From Chiloscyllium plagiosum (Eukaryota): DNA of 64,000 bases. Every line of letters starts with the position of its first letter. Position 1 is the first letter of the stretch. A program made the translations under genes and the position numbers. This document shows positions 52,323 to 64,000 of the stretch, in pieces. The notes under the pieces are model-generated. The model was not told the DNA's origin, ran no database searches, and worked only from the letters and a program-made list of their open reading frames with translations. The stretch covers positions 31,357,622-31,421,621 of the forward strand of contig NC_057718.1 in the NCBI RefSeq assembly GCF_004010195.1, written 5' to 3'.

Positions 52323-52588
52323 ATTAGATTAGATTACTTACAATGTGGAAACAGGCCCTTCGGCCCAACAAGTCCACACCGACCCACCGAAGCGCAACCC
52401 ACCCATTCCCCTACATTTACCCCTTTACCTAACACTACGGGCAATTTAGCATGGCCAATTCACCTGACCTGCACATTTTTGGACTGTGGGAGGAAACCGG
52501 AGCACCCGGAGGAAACCCACGCAGACACAGGGAGAACGTGCAAACTCCACACAGTCAGTCGCCTGAGTCGGGAATTGAACCCGGGTCT
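52323..52588 (-). mobile_element. HE1-type V-SINE, young, 5'-truncated
   Basis: CpGs are retained and the B-box ggttcaattcc and V-domain are intact. It has a (TCTAA)n tail. Confidence 0.95.
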
Positions 52589-52619
52589 GAGTGCATAGTG
52601 TGAGGAGGGAAGGCATGGA

Positions 52620-53553
52620 AAGCACAGAAATTAAGGGCAGCTAATACGTTTAATTGTTGATAGTGAGAAGTATGATCTCAGGCTAGTGTATGATATTGAT
52701 CATCTGGTAAATTTGGGAAAGCAATGACGGATGGAATTTAATCTTGATAAGTTTGATGTGATGTATTTTAGGAGAGGTAACAAGTGAAGGATACCCCCTA
52801 TGAATGGTAGCTCTTTAAGTATTACTGAGGAACAAAGGGGCCTTGGTGTACAAGTCAATAGATCCCTGAAGGTGTTTAGCAGAAATAGACAGGATGGTGA
52901 AGAAGACATACAGGATGCTTGCCTTCATTAGCTAAGACATTAAATATCAGAGCAATGTGTCTCGTTTCAACTTTATAAAACATTTATTAAGCCACAGATG
53001 GACTACTGTGTGCAGTTCTGGTCACCATACATGATTATAATAGAGATGATGCAAAAGAGATTCACGAGGATGTTGCCTGGGATGAAGACTCTCAGTAATC
53101 AAGAGATATTGGATAGGCTGGGTTTGTTTTCCTTGAAGCAGAGAAGGCTGGGGGATGCGTGTGGGGGTGGGGGAAGGTATCTAACTGAGGAAACAAGAAT
53201 ATGAAAGGCATAACAGAGCAGATTGTGACAATCTTTTTCCCCTGGCAGATGTGTCTAAGACCAGAGGGTATAAGTTTAAGATGGGGAGTAAGTGGTTTAG
53301 AGGAGATTTGAGAATTTGTTTTTCACCCAGGCGATGATAGAAATATGGAACATCCTGCCTGACGGGGTGGTGGAGGCATATACTCTCACATTATTTCAGA
53401 AGCATCTAGATAAGCACATAAAATACCACAGCATAGCAGGCTATGAACCAAATGTGGGGGTAAATGGGATTAATGTAGTTTAATGTTTGTTGGTTGGCAA
53501 AGCCATGGTAGGCTGAAGGGCCTGTTTCTATACTGTATGACTCTATGACTCTA
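52620..53553 (+). mobile_element. CR1 LINE 3' fragment
   Basis: ORF 52998..53204 reads DYCVQFWSPY...QKRFTRMLPG...LGLFSL. The tail is tgtatgactctatgactct. Confidence 0.88.
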
Positions 53554-53742
53554 TTAAAGCTTATTAGCAAAGGAGACACTGAGATAGAAATTCATTCACC
53601 ATTGTTCACAAGTTGTTCACCAACACTACAGAGACTTAGGTTGATTTCCACAGTGAAAATTAGGGTGAGAAATGTGCACTGATCCCTTGCATGACCAGTG
53701 CTCTTTTAAATGAGTTGCTTCTACCTGCACAAAGATGAATAT

Positions 53743-54040
53743 GGGTGGCATGATGGCTCAGTGGTTAGCACTGCTGCCTCACAGCGCCAGATTTGATTCC
53801 CGTCTCGGGCGACTGTCTGTCTGGAGTTTGCATGGGTTTCCTCCATGTGCTCTGGTTTCCTACCCCAATCCAAAGATGTGCAGGTCAGGTGAATTGGCCA
53901 TGCTAAATTGCCCATAGTATTAGGTGCATTAGTCAGGGGTAAAAATAGGGTCGGGGAATGGGTCTGGGTGGGTTACTCTTCGGAGGGTCGGTGTGGACTT
54001 GTTGGGCCAAATGGCCTGTTTCCATACTGCAGGGAGTCTA
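53743..54040 (+). mobile_element. HE1-type V-SINE
   Basis: gggtggcatgatggctcagtggttagcactgctgcctcacagcgccag, followed by the V-domain with small deletions and a 3' ggcctgtttccatactg. Confidence 0.92.
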
Positions 54041-54289
54041 ATAACTGCCCATCCTAGAAGAACAAAGATCTTCTCAAACTTCTGACAGATTAGATGCCTC
54101 CTATGGTCAGCAAATAAGATTACTGGGCCAATTTATTACAGACCTCTGCCAAAACCCAGTATGAACTTTACTCATTTGCACAGCGATGCATACACATATA
54201 TGGTATATATGAGTATGATAGTCATCATGTGCTGACAGCATCTGAGGACCAGGACTTCCCAGTAAAACAATGTATATCATGCAACAGCA

Positions 54290-55140
54290 TCATAGAATCA
54301 CAAAACAGAAAGGCAACATTCTAGCCATTATGGCAGAGCTAGTTGTCTGCAGAATAAATAGTGTTTAGGTTAGAGTGGTGCTGCAAAAGTACAGCAAGTC
54401 AGGCAGCATCCGAGGAGCAGGAAAATCAACGTTTCAGGCAGAAGTCCTTCATCAGGAGGGCTTTTGCAGCACCACTCTAACCTATACACTGGTTTCCAGT
54501 ATCTGCAGTCCTCACTTTTGCCCTGCAGAACAAATAGGTCAATCCTATTCCCCAGTCCTTTCCATGTAGCCCTGAAGTTTATATTCCCCTCAGAGGTTTA
54601 TCCAATTCCTTTTTTCAAAAGCCACAAGTGAGTCTGTCTCTGCCACACTATTAGGTAATGCATTCTAAATCCTTGCAGTATAAAATAATCTATTTTATTT
54701 AAGTTACCATCCATAATTTTGATAATTACCTTCAATCAGTTCTTGATCTTTCTGAGAAGCCAATGATAACAGCCTCTCCCTACACCTCTCATGGTTTTGA
54801 ACACTTCGATCAAACCTTCTCTATGAGAACAATCCCAGTTTTGCATAACTGAAGTCCCTCATTCCTGGTACCAATCTCAATATATTTTTGCACCTTTCTA
54901 AGGTTATCTCTACAATGTAGTGCCCAGAATTGGGCAGTTGAGACTGAATCAGTATTCTGTTGAGGTTCATTGTAACTTTGTTGCTTTTCATTGTCTCTGC
55001 TCATAAAGCTCAGGATCTCAGATGCTTTTTAGCCATTTTTCATAACCTGTCCTGCCATTATCAATGATTTTTGCACATATTCCTCTAGTCTGTGTGTTCT
55101 AGCATATGATTTTGTTCTTTTTTTTTATGTTGTCTCCCCT
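54290..55140 (-). mobile_element. Old CR1 3' fragment interrupted by a PLE mini-element
   Basis: Tail catagaatcac at ~54291. ORF 54810..55004 contains TAQFWALHCR, a decayed CVQFWSP. Confidence 0.7.
54362..54522. mobile_element. PLE-derived mini hairpin insertion
   Basis: A 30-bp inverted repeat (54360-54389 / 54461-54490) surrounds a minus-strand hammerhead-like motif (54424-54456). Flanks are ctgcagaataaatag (54347-54361) and ctgcagaacaaatag (54523-54537). Confidence 0.88.
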
Positions 55141-55470
55141 CAGGATTTCAGTGTCCAGGAGAGACATTATTGCCTCATTGGGCAGAATTTGGGGTCTGAC
55201 TGTGGGATAGAGAGCCACAACTATTGGGAAGGCTCACCACTTTTTTTTGTGTTACTCAGGCAATTGACAGGCCTGTGACCCACCTTGCCTTGGGATCAAG
55301 GTGCCAGGAACAGAAGTCTCACCAACAAGAGTTATTGGCTAACCGAAGACCAGCACCTCTTCAGTACTCAGCGGCAACACCAGGGAAGCAATGGCTGCTG
55401 TAGGAAGTCCTCAGATTGAGGAGGAGCACGAGCCCAGGTGAGTGATGGCAGGAAGAGCACAGGGTGTTTT

Positions 55471-55510
55471 GGAGGAGGGGGGGGAGTAGGGGAGGAGGGG
55501 GGGGAGTAGG
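55471..55510. repeat. Perfect 2 x 20-bp G-rich tandem duplication
   Basis: ggaggaggggggggagtagg occurs twice in tandem. Confidence 0.9.
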
Positions 55511-58500
55511 GCGACATATGCTGGGTAGGTCTTCCTGTGACCTCAATTCCCAACTGGCCATTCTCTAACTTAAGTAAACTTCTCCCCCCTCCAATCTGGC
55601 TGTGAGGGAAGGAATGAGATTCCATCCATTGATTTTAATATCATTGGGCACTGTGTTTGTACAACTGAACCCAGTCAGTGATGTAGAATGGTGGTGTAGT
55701 GTGCGGGCATCAAAAACTAGAATTAAGAGATGGAAATGTTGGGCATGGTGCAATGATATGGATCTTTAGGTTAGCAGTTGGTCATGTAGGAAGAGAGTAA
55801 ATGTCAGAGATATTGTGAAAATGAGGATTCCCACTTTTGAATGACTTTTTAGTTCAGCTACTCACATACCCTTTCTTTTGTTGATCAAAATTAATTTCAA
55901 AACACAACAACTTACAGTTATCCAGGTTTTGACCGGGGTAAAGACTGTAACCAGAAATGGCCCACATGATCTGTTCATTTAAAGCTACAGCTAACGTGAT
56001 TCTTTATTGAGTAACAAAAGTAAAGGAACAGCACGTGTAACTGCAGGTTAACAAGAGCAGAAGAGGAAATAAAGTAGAGAGAGAAAAGTGATGAGGTGAC
56101 TCAGAGCTGGGTTTTAAAAGCCTGACAAGCTTTGAGTTCTTTTCTGTTCACCACATCTAAACTGTGCCAACAAATCAACTCCAGTGTAACTGAAGGCCTT
56201 GCTCCATATCTCTTGCTTCATCCACATTCTACGAAGGGCTCAGTGTCACACTGACACATTGCTGTAGGCCTACACTTGCTGCCCACTGTTTGTATAGCTT
56301 TCATGAACTGGCATCCATCTGCAGCTGTTTAGAACTGCGCTGGTGGTCTGCAGCAATTGACGCGCCAACAGGCACAAGTGCTGGGTTGCATCTGTGGTGA
56401 ATATGAACGAGAACAATAAAACATGAATTTTCTGCTCGACTAAAGAGCTGCATTTTAATTATGCCTGCATTAGAAAAAAGACTGATTAACTTAATCTGGA
56501 ATCTACTAACACATCATCAGCAACGAATGCTCGCCTTCTTTTAAATCGGGAACCAGGGCTTGTTTTATTGAAAGGAGACAACTTAAATTAGTGGTAAGTA
56601 CAAAATATGTTTTATTTAAGAATGATTTCTGATAGAAAATCATGGTATGTTTAATTATAAAACACTTAAAAATGTTGAAATGAAGGATCCTATGATATTG
56701 AGGGTGGAAAACATTAAATTCTGCTGCAAATGATCCTATTTAATTTAGTTTAATGAGATGTGATGTACCCTCGTTAAAAGGCCTAATGGAAGATTAAGTA
56801 AGGAACAGGCAGTGCAGAATTCTCTTAAAATGGGAATTCTGGAAATGTTTTCTATTACTCTGTCTCCAGTAATGCTGACCTGCTACACCAGAGATCAGAA
56901 CAAAATAGCTGTGCATCAAGGGTTCCAGACTCCTTAAATTGATTTTCTTTTAACCTTTTCAGTACCAGGTCACTCGAACATTTCACTGCCTCCAATATGT
57001 ATTTGTTTGTTTGTCTTTGAAATTGGAACACATTGTCACACATTTCAATATATGTACAGCTATCTAGCATGCAACCTGGTGTTGAGAACCTTTTAACTGC
57101 AGCTCAGTATACTTGCTTTGTTTTAAAAATGTCTATTAACACACCTTCATCGTCACATACATTTTAAATAGATTTTTTTCAAACTATTAGCAGTTGAACA
57201 TAGTAGGTAATTTCTTGCCAGACTTCCAGCAAGAATATTGCAATATTCATTGCAAATAATCTCATACTGCTTTTAGTGCCTGTAAGTAGAAAATCCATAA
57301 AAGAACAAAAGTAATTCATAATGTTGAATTGTACAAACTGATAGTATAAATGTAACAGTTATATTGGAACAATTACAATGTTTTTGACTAATATGTGTGT
57401 TTAGGTAGTTAAAAAGAAAGTAATTTGTGGTTGTAGTTTATGCCACATATAGATTCTGTATTTAATATAGATAAGTGATCTAAATCTTTGATTAGATTGT
57501 TATGAAATTATTCAAATTACTCCTAATTAACTTAAACCATTTTTAAAATTTTCCCTGTTCAACTGACTTCTGGGATCATTAATGTTTGATAAAGCCAAGC
57601 AACTTTTTTTTTGTTTTAGCTTTCGGTGTAAAACTTACCATGTTATTTAACATATAAATCTCCCAGCTTGATTGTGTAATTGTGTGGGACTCCATCTCTT
57701 AATGTTACAGGTGAAGCTTGGGTCTAGACTGCTACAGACAGCGGTATGCAAACTATGTAATCATGAGATTAATCAACAGCAATGGTAGTCAGGGGTTATC
57801 CAGAATTTTTATCAATACATCAGCAGGGTGTAATGTCACATGACAGAACAACACATGGCCATTTTCTTGATAGTCAGGGACCACAGTGAAAATGTGTAGG
57901 CTGCAGTTTATAGGGTGACTGCATAAACCTTTACAAAGGAGGCCCAGAGCTATTTTCTAGCATTCCTTGCCCCATTTCCAATGATCCTGGCTTCACCAGC
58001 ATGGATTAAGGCTTCATAATTGTGTTGGTCATGAGCCTATACCTTGCATTTCTGACCTGGCTGGCTCCAATGCAGGAAGAGGAATCTCCTAGTGTCCCAC
58101 AATTCTCATGGAGTCTGGGCAACCTTTTAAGGCATTGCGATTCATGACCCTTCTGAGATATTGTGAACCATAATTCAAAAGATCTTACTCATGTTCCCTT
58201 GCTATATATCTGTTCAGTCACACACTTTGTGCACATCATGCCAAACTATACCCCTTCACCCACACCCCATGTGGTTCCTCATGCATTCCTTGCCAACATA
58301 TGCCCTCCACTCACTGTTCATGGTCTTTAAGGTACTTTATGCCAACCTGTGTTCCTCTGCCCCCCATTCCCCCATAGGCCTCATACCCCCCATGCCAATC
58401 TATGGTGCTTATATTTATCCATTCCACACTCTTTACAGAATATCAATAGCATGAGTGGAAAAGTTTTAAAAACTGGTCATTCATTTATAACTTCCTACTT

Positions 58501-59928
58501 GAGTTAAAAAAGCTAAATTTGCTACAACCCTATAATATTATCAATTATCCAGACTTCTAAAGTCTCAGTATCAGATACTACAAATACTTGACCCTTTTTT
58601 TGTGAAATTAACACATGCAATTGACAGGCTATATCACAGAGAAAAAAGCTGTCAGTCAAACAAAGTTTTCCCTTTGGCATAATCATTTAATTTGGGCATT
58701 CAGCAAGAATGCAAAATGCAGCATTTACTGTAGTATTCCAGCTTGTGCAAAGTTTCAGAGCACTGAGGCAAATCTTTTAACCATCTGACTTAGCATCAGC
58801 AGCACTGATTGCTGCCTTTGAACTTTTTCTGGAGACATTGGGTCAACATCCAGGTATCACCTGTCCTCTGAATGAAAATTCCATCTCTAGCTCTGTATTT
58901 CCTTAAAATAGGAAGATGTACTATTGTTATAGACTGTAACAGGTTGAGATTGAATCTCCTTTTTGTGACCAGTAATGCATTTCAATAAGTTTTATTCTGT
59001 GTTCAGCTCACAAATGAAAAATAAGAACAAAGTTTATCTAAATTTTATGAGCAACATCTTGTACATTTGAAGTAACAAAATTGACCCATCAATTTTATTT
59101 TACATTACAAGCTTCTTGGAGTTAATTAACATACTATTGAGATTGCTGATATCTCGTGATGCAAAATCAACTATTCTGGAGAAAGGTAGGTATGTTTTTT
59201 AGCCTATTTTACTTTAGTTTATGGAGATAACAAAATTGGAATTAAGAACCAAATAAATTGAAAACAAATATGCCCAGTTTAGCTGGCTAATTAGTTGTCT
59301 GGCCAACACACAGCAACAATATACATTGCACAAAATGGTTGCCTGGATTGCTGCCAGTGTTGCAGCCGAGTGTAAGAGTCCAGTTACTGAGACTGTTTGG
59401 CTTGTTTCCTCTGCAAAATGAGAACAGTTTTCAGATCTTGGAAGAAGATATCCCTTAAACAATTGGTTTCAAATAAGTTTAAAACAGAAAAATGTATATG
59501 AATATGATTTGAGTCTCTATTTCAAGTAGCAATCAAGAGTATTTAGGATAATATTTAGCTCACATGTTCTCCTGAACGATCAAGAAATGTGGTCCTATAG
59601 TCTGTTTCAGTTTGTAATTTTAAATGTGCATTTTTTTAAGAATTTAGGATTGCTAAAACAAAGAAGTGATACAAAACAGAACACCTTAAAGTTTGGATGA
59701 AGGCTAATTTAATGATAATCAACCTGCTATCAAGAGAGGTATGCACACATGGCCAGTGTATTTAGTTTGCTCTTAATCCTGGCTGTGGGTAGCTTCAACC
59801 CTCTAGTGGTCACTTCAGGCCAATACAGGACTATGGAAAGTACTTTGTCAGCTTTACCTTTGACACTTTGAGTGTTAGATTTTTCTTTTTGTTTTGCACT
59901 TGCTCTTCTGACATTATTCTCACATCGG

Positions 59929-60023
59929 TTATTCTTCCTTAACTTGATGAGGTTCATATCTAAACTCCTCCTCAACGTCGAGGTTAGAATCACTGGCAAA
60001 ATTCAGACTCTGGTTAGGGTTTC
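59929..60023 (-). CDS. Candidate terminal coding exon of an unidentified gene whose upstream exons were not found in the window
   Basis: The acceptor atttttataaccctttgtgcacag|GA is followed by the phase-1 frame (G)NPNQSLNFASDSNLDVEEEFRYEPHQVKEE*. The other two frames stop quickly. CpGs are retained and non-repetitive UTR-like sequence follows. No homolog recognised. Confidence 0.4.
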
Positions 60024-61849
60024 CTGTGCACAAAGGGTTATAAAAATGACAATTAAATTGGCATCCTTTTTTTTCACAATTTCAAGTGGTTTTTTTTTTC
60101 ACTACAAGGAGGAGATGAAGTCCAAATCAGTAATAGCTCCTGTCAATTTTCTTCTATAGGATTTATCTCTAAGTAAGTTTGACAGTGAGGCAGGGAGAAA
60201 GAGGCAGACTTTGAATTTGACAGTTTGCCAATGTTAGGAAATGTACAGGGCAGCCAGTCCCTTCAGACAGCTGCAACATTTCATGGCGTCATGTCAACGA
60301 ATTTCCACAGGCCATACTGCCAGAGACCACAAGATGGTTTCGAACAACGGTTCAGTTCATGATATTTTTGTTTTATAAAAAATGAACTATTGCTGAGTGG
60401 GCAGTATGTACTGAATTAACAGATTAATGAAAATGCTTCACTTGCATAAGATTTGATTGCTCCTTCATGCAAAATTGCTTGCAGATTGAAAAACAGTACG
60501 ATATGTTTCACGCTCTCCGACTCATTTCTATATTAGCACTTGTCAGTGCAACTATTAAACAAAGCTGGTGGAGAAATTTAATTACAAAACCATTTATTTT
60601 ATTGGAATGAAAATAAATGAAAGCTACCTCAAATGCATTAGGTGGGTATAAAACATGCTCTTCGGATAACACCCAAGGGTAGTGAGACTGCTGTCAGAAT
60701 AATGTTCCTTTCATGTGCAGGAGGAACCAATATTAGAAACAGCTGCTTTAAAGTCACTCTTTATTTAAGTTCAATTATAAATTAAAGAACAACCACTTTA
60801 ATGAAGGGGCTATTTATATTTGAAGTTATTCAGCTGTGGTGTTCAATCCTGGCTTCTTCTTTCAATCAAGTATATTAAAAAAAACTGCCAGTGTTTGCCT
60901 GTAAGTGTCTGAGTAGGCTTAATGGACGGCTCAGTGCTAGAGCTGTGTTCTTCAGATGGGGCCATTTCTGTTGATGCTGAGTATGTTCTGCTCTCTTATC
61001 TCATCCATCTAAAGTCATATATAAAAAGTAGTTGAGAGGAGGTTTTTTTTAATCATGTCAGTAGTCTTTCAGTAGCATATGGCAAAAAAGCGAAGAGACT
61101 CCTTTTTAAAAGGAAATAAAAACTGTGCGCTGGTACAGGAGCAGCCTTCAAAGGTTCTTTTTTTTTTAAAAAAATGGCATGTTGCAATGCTCCAGCAGAG
61201 TATTTTGCCAATTGTGAAACTAAAAGTAGTTTTAACAGTCACAAAACAGATAAATGCAAACAGTTTATATTTTATCAATAAATTGCATTTAGAAAAATTA
61301 GGTGTGCTAGCACAAATTTGGCTGTGTTTTGATGTTATGCTTTGATGTTGTGTTTTAATAACAAAAGCTGAAACTTTACTCCCTAGTCCCATAACTAGCA
61401 AAGATCTAGTCACGTTTTGAGTAATATATACAATAATATGCTAGCAAATTACTATTGCTTATATATTGTAGTTGAATGCTTGTCGTTTATAAAAATTAGT
61501 TTGTCTTGTATTTTGTCAGACCTTGTCCCATTTAACAAAACAGACAACACCTGCATCAAAAATAGTGGACAAAAGAACACCAGTTCTAAAAGTTTACTCT
61601 TTTCTTTGAAACTAGCACAAGTCCTATTGGGCACATAAGTTTGGAAAACAAAATGACGTGGTTCAATGGATTCCCCCAGGTCATCAAAGCATAAATACAA
61701 GGCAGGAAAGGCCCATTGCTTTCCTCCCACAACACATTTCTCTCAGACTGGTCAACTCTATCGACCTGAGCCGCCCAACAAATCTGCAGGGATTTGGGCT
61801 GCCACATCCAACACATCTGAAGATATCAGTAAATTGTCAATTTAGCACA

Positions 61850-62300
61850 GTGCAAGATGTGAAGACTTCAGAGAGACTGCAGGAAAGATTTATGGGAATG
61901 GCTCCAGGGATGAGGGACACCAGTCATGTGAGTGGACTGGAAAAGCCGTGCTTGTACTCCTTAGAAAAGAGAATTTTTAATAGATCTGTTCAAAATCATG
62001 AGGGATTTAGAAAGAATAAATAACGTGGGACTTTTCTCATTGCAGATTGGTCAGGAACCAGAGGACATCAATTTAAAATGCTTGACAAAGGAGCCATTGG
62101 TGAGAATAAATCTTTTTTACGTAGTGAGTGGTCAGGATCTGAAATGCACTGTCTGAGAGTCTGTTGGAAGCAGATGCAATCATGGCTTTCAAAAGAAATA
62201 GGATAAGCATCTGAAGAGAAAAAAAATTTGCAGGCTGTGGGAAGACTGGAAAGCTGTTTTCCTTGAGGCTCTGCAGAGCACAGAACTAGAATCCTGGCCT
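61850..62300 (+). mobile_element. Old CR1 3' fragment
   Basis: The end of ORF 61658..62023 reads DVKTSERLQERFMGMAPGMR...LYSLEKR, followed by an accagaggacat (TRGH) motif. Confidence 0.75.
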
Positions 62301-62412
62301 TTTGTCGCATCCATCATTGACATGGACTTGATTTTAGGGCACAAGATTCAGAAGTTCTCGGGTGATACAAAATTGGTTGTGTGATCAATAATGAAGAAGA
62401 AAGCATGGAAAT

Positions 62413-62664
62413 GGGTGACTGACTGTGTGGAGTTTGCACATTCTCCCCGTGTCTGTGTGGGTTTTACTCCAGGTGCTCTGGTTTCCTCCCACAGTCCAAA
62501 AATGTGCAGGTTAGGTGAATTGGCCACGCTAAATTGCCCGTAGTGTTAGGTGCAGGGGTAAATGTAGGGGAATGGGACCAGCTTCGGCGGGTCGATGTGG
62601 ACTTGTTGGGCCGAAGGGCCTGTTTCCACACTGTAAGTAATCTAATGTAAGTAATCTAATCTAA
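62413..62664 (+). mobile_element. HE1-type V-SINE, 5'-truncated
   Basis: V-domain tgtgtggagtttgcacattctccccgtgtctg, with a tail taagtaatctaatgtaagtaatctaatcta. Confidence 0.93.
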
Positions 62665-62961
62665 GTAAAACAGTCACAAATGGAGTTCAATCCAGGTGAG
62701 GTGAAAACTTGTGGAAGGGAAGGGAATATGCAATACCTGAAAGGATCCTGAGATGTATAAAGCAACAGGAGGCTTTTAGACTGAATGTTCATAGATTCCA
62801 GAAGGTGGTTGAAATGGTAGAAAAGACCATTAGGAAGAGACATGGGATAATTGTCATTGTGAGCTCAGCCACAAGGTTATATTGGAACTTCATAAACACT
62901 AGTTAGGCCACAATTAGAGTATTGCATGCAGTTCTGGTCTGAAGACTATAGGAAAGTTGTA

Positions 62962-63056
62962 ACAAAATCAGGTGTTGGAAAAACTCTAAGCTTGCCAGCA
63001 TCTATAGAAAGGAAAACAGAGTTAACGTTTCAAGTCCAGTAACTTTTCATCAGAAC
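62962..63056 (-). mobile_element. PLE pseudo-LTR fragment of a second family
   Basis: The reverse complement reads gttctgatgaaaagttactggacttgaaacgttaactctgttttcc...agatgctggcaagc...gagtttttccaacacc. Degenerate 12-bp flanking duplication aggaaagttgta / agaaaaggtata. Confidence 0.75.
63021..63056 (-). ncRNA. Minimal hammerhead ribozyme motif
   Basis: GTT-CTGATGA-A-AAGTT-actg-GACTT-GAAAC-GTT-AAC: stem I GTT/AAC, a 5-bp stem II, both core boxes and a GUU triplet. Confidence 0.7.
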
Positions 63057-63206
63057 AGAAAAGGTATACTTGCACTAGAGGGATCAGAGATTTCTGAAGA
63101 TGTTGCCTACACTGGAGAATTTCACCTATGGGGTGAGGCTTGGTTTATTTTAGAACAGAGGAGATTGATTGGACTCTAAATAGTAATGTATAAAATTGTG
63201 AGGAGT

Positions 63207-64000
63207 CATAAGAACTAGGAGCAGGAGTGGGCAGTCTGGCCCTTCAAGCCTGCTTCGCCATTCAATAAGATCATGATTGATCTTTTCGTGGCCTCAGCTC
63301 CATTCAGCCCACCCCACCCCACCATATCCCTTAATTCCTTTATTGTTCAAACAAAATCTACCTTATCTTTAAAAACATTTACTGAAGTAGCATCAACTAC
63401 TTCACTGGGCAAGGAATTTCATAGATTTACAACCCTCTGGGTGAAGAAGTTCCTTCTCAATTCAGTCCTAAATCTACTCCCTCTAATCTTGAGGCAATGC
63501 TCTCTTGTCCTAGTTTCACCTGCCAGTGAAAACGTCCTCACTATGCCTATCTTATCTATTCACTTCATAATTTTATATGGTTCCATAATATCCCCCCTCA
63601 TTCTTTTAAATTCCAATGAATATAGTCCCAGTCTACTCAGCCTTTCCTCATAAGCCAAACCCCTCAACTCTGAAATCAATGTAGTAAATCTCCTCTGCAC
63701 CCCCTCTAGTGCCAGTACATCCTTTCTCAAGTAAGGAGACCAAAACTGCACACAGTATTCAAAGTGTGGCCTCACCAGCGCTGTACACAGCTGCAACATA
63801 ACCTCCCCTCTTTTAAACTCAAATCTCTTTAGCAATGAAGGACAACATTCCATTTACCTTCCTAATTACCTGTTGTACCTGCAGACCAACCTTCTGTGAT
63901 TCATGCTCAAGGACACCCAGGTCCCTCTGCACAGCAGCATGTTGCAACTTTTTACCATTCAAATAATAGACCTTTTTACTTTTACTCCTACCAAAATGGA
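63207..64000 (-). mobile_element. CR1 LINE 3' fragment running off the window end
   Basis: ORF 63560..63853 reads ALVRPHFEYCVQFWSPYLRKDVLALEGVQRRFT...LGLYSLEFKRMRGD. The tail is at ~63207. Confidence 0.95.

Larger units (their letters stand above)
62320..63203 (+). mobile_element. Old CR1 fragment carrying nested HE1 SINE and PLE insertions
   Basis: KFSGDTK trace (~62352), QMEFN (~62677) and RPQLEYCMQFWS (~62905). It resumes after 63068. Confidence 0.75.

Noticed and set aside
59112..60172. Plus-strand exon pair 59112-59185 and 13-nt micro-exon 60160-60172 that would splice in frame (FLELINILLRLLISRDAKSTILEK-GFIS)
   Set aside because: The splice signals look good, but no homology is recognised and it overlaps the better minus-strand exon candidate antisense. 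Needs RNA-seq.

Overview
AT-rich, CpG-depleted vertebrate genomic DNA, almost certainly from a cartilaginous fish (shark). This is inferred from HE1-type V-SINEs, HER1/CR1 LINEs, a SacSINE1-like DeuSINE and shark-type Penelope terminal repeats, all recognised by eye and not by database search. There is no intact multi-exon gene, RNA gene, CRISPR array or prokaryotic feature, and the long ORFs in the track are retroelement fragments. The window is intronic or intergenic and layered with CR1 LINE fragments (several nested), SINEs, Penelope-like (PLE) inserts carrying minimal hammerhead ribozyme motifs, three decayed Ty3/Gypsy remnants, solo LTRs, Harbinger Myb/SANT remnants and a decayed 17-bp minisatellite. 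The most notable non-TE signal is a heavily decayed leucine-rich-repeat receptor gene at about 4060-5185 (-), read as LRRNT, about 9 LRRs at ~24-aa spacing, LRRCT and a probable TM segment. Other signals are a candidate terminal coding exon at 59929-60023 (-) and a 1.8-kb unit bounded by ~350-bp direct repeats. Boundaries of old elements are approximate.
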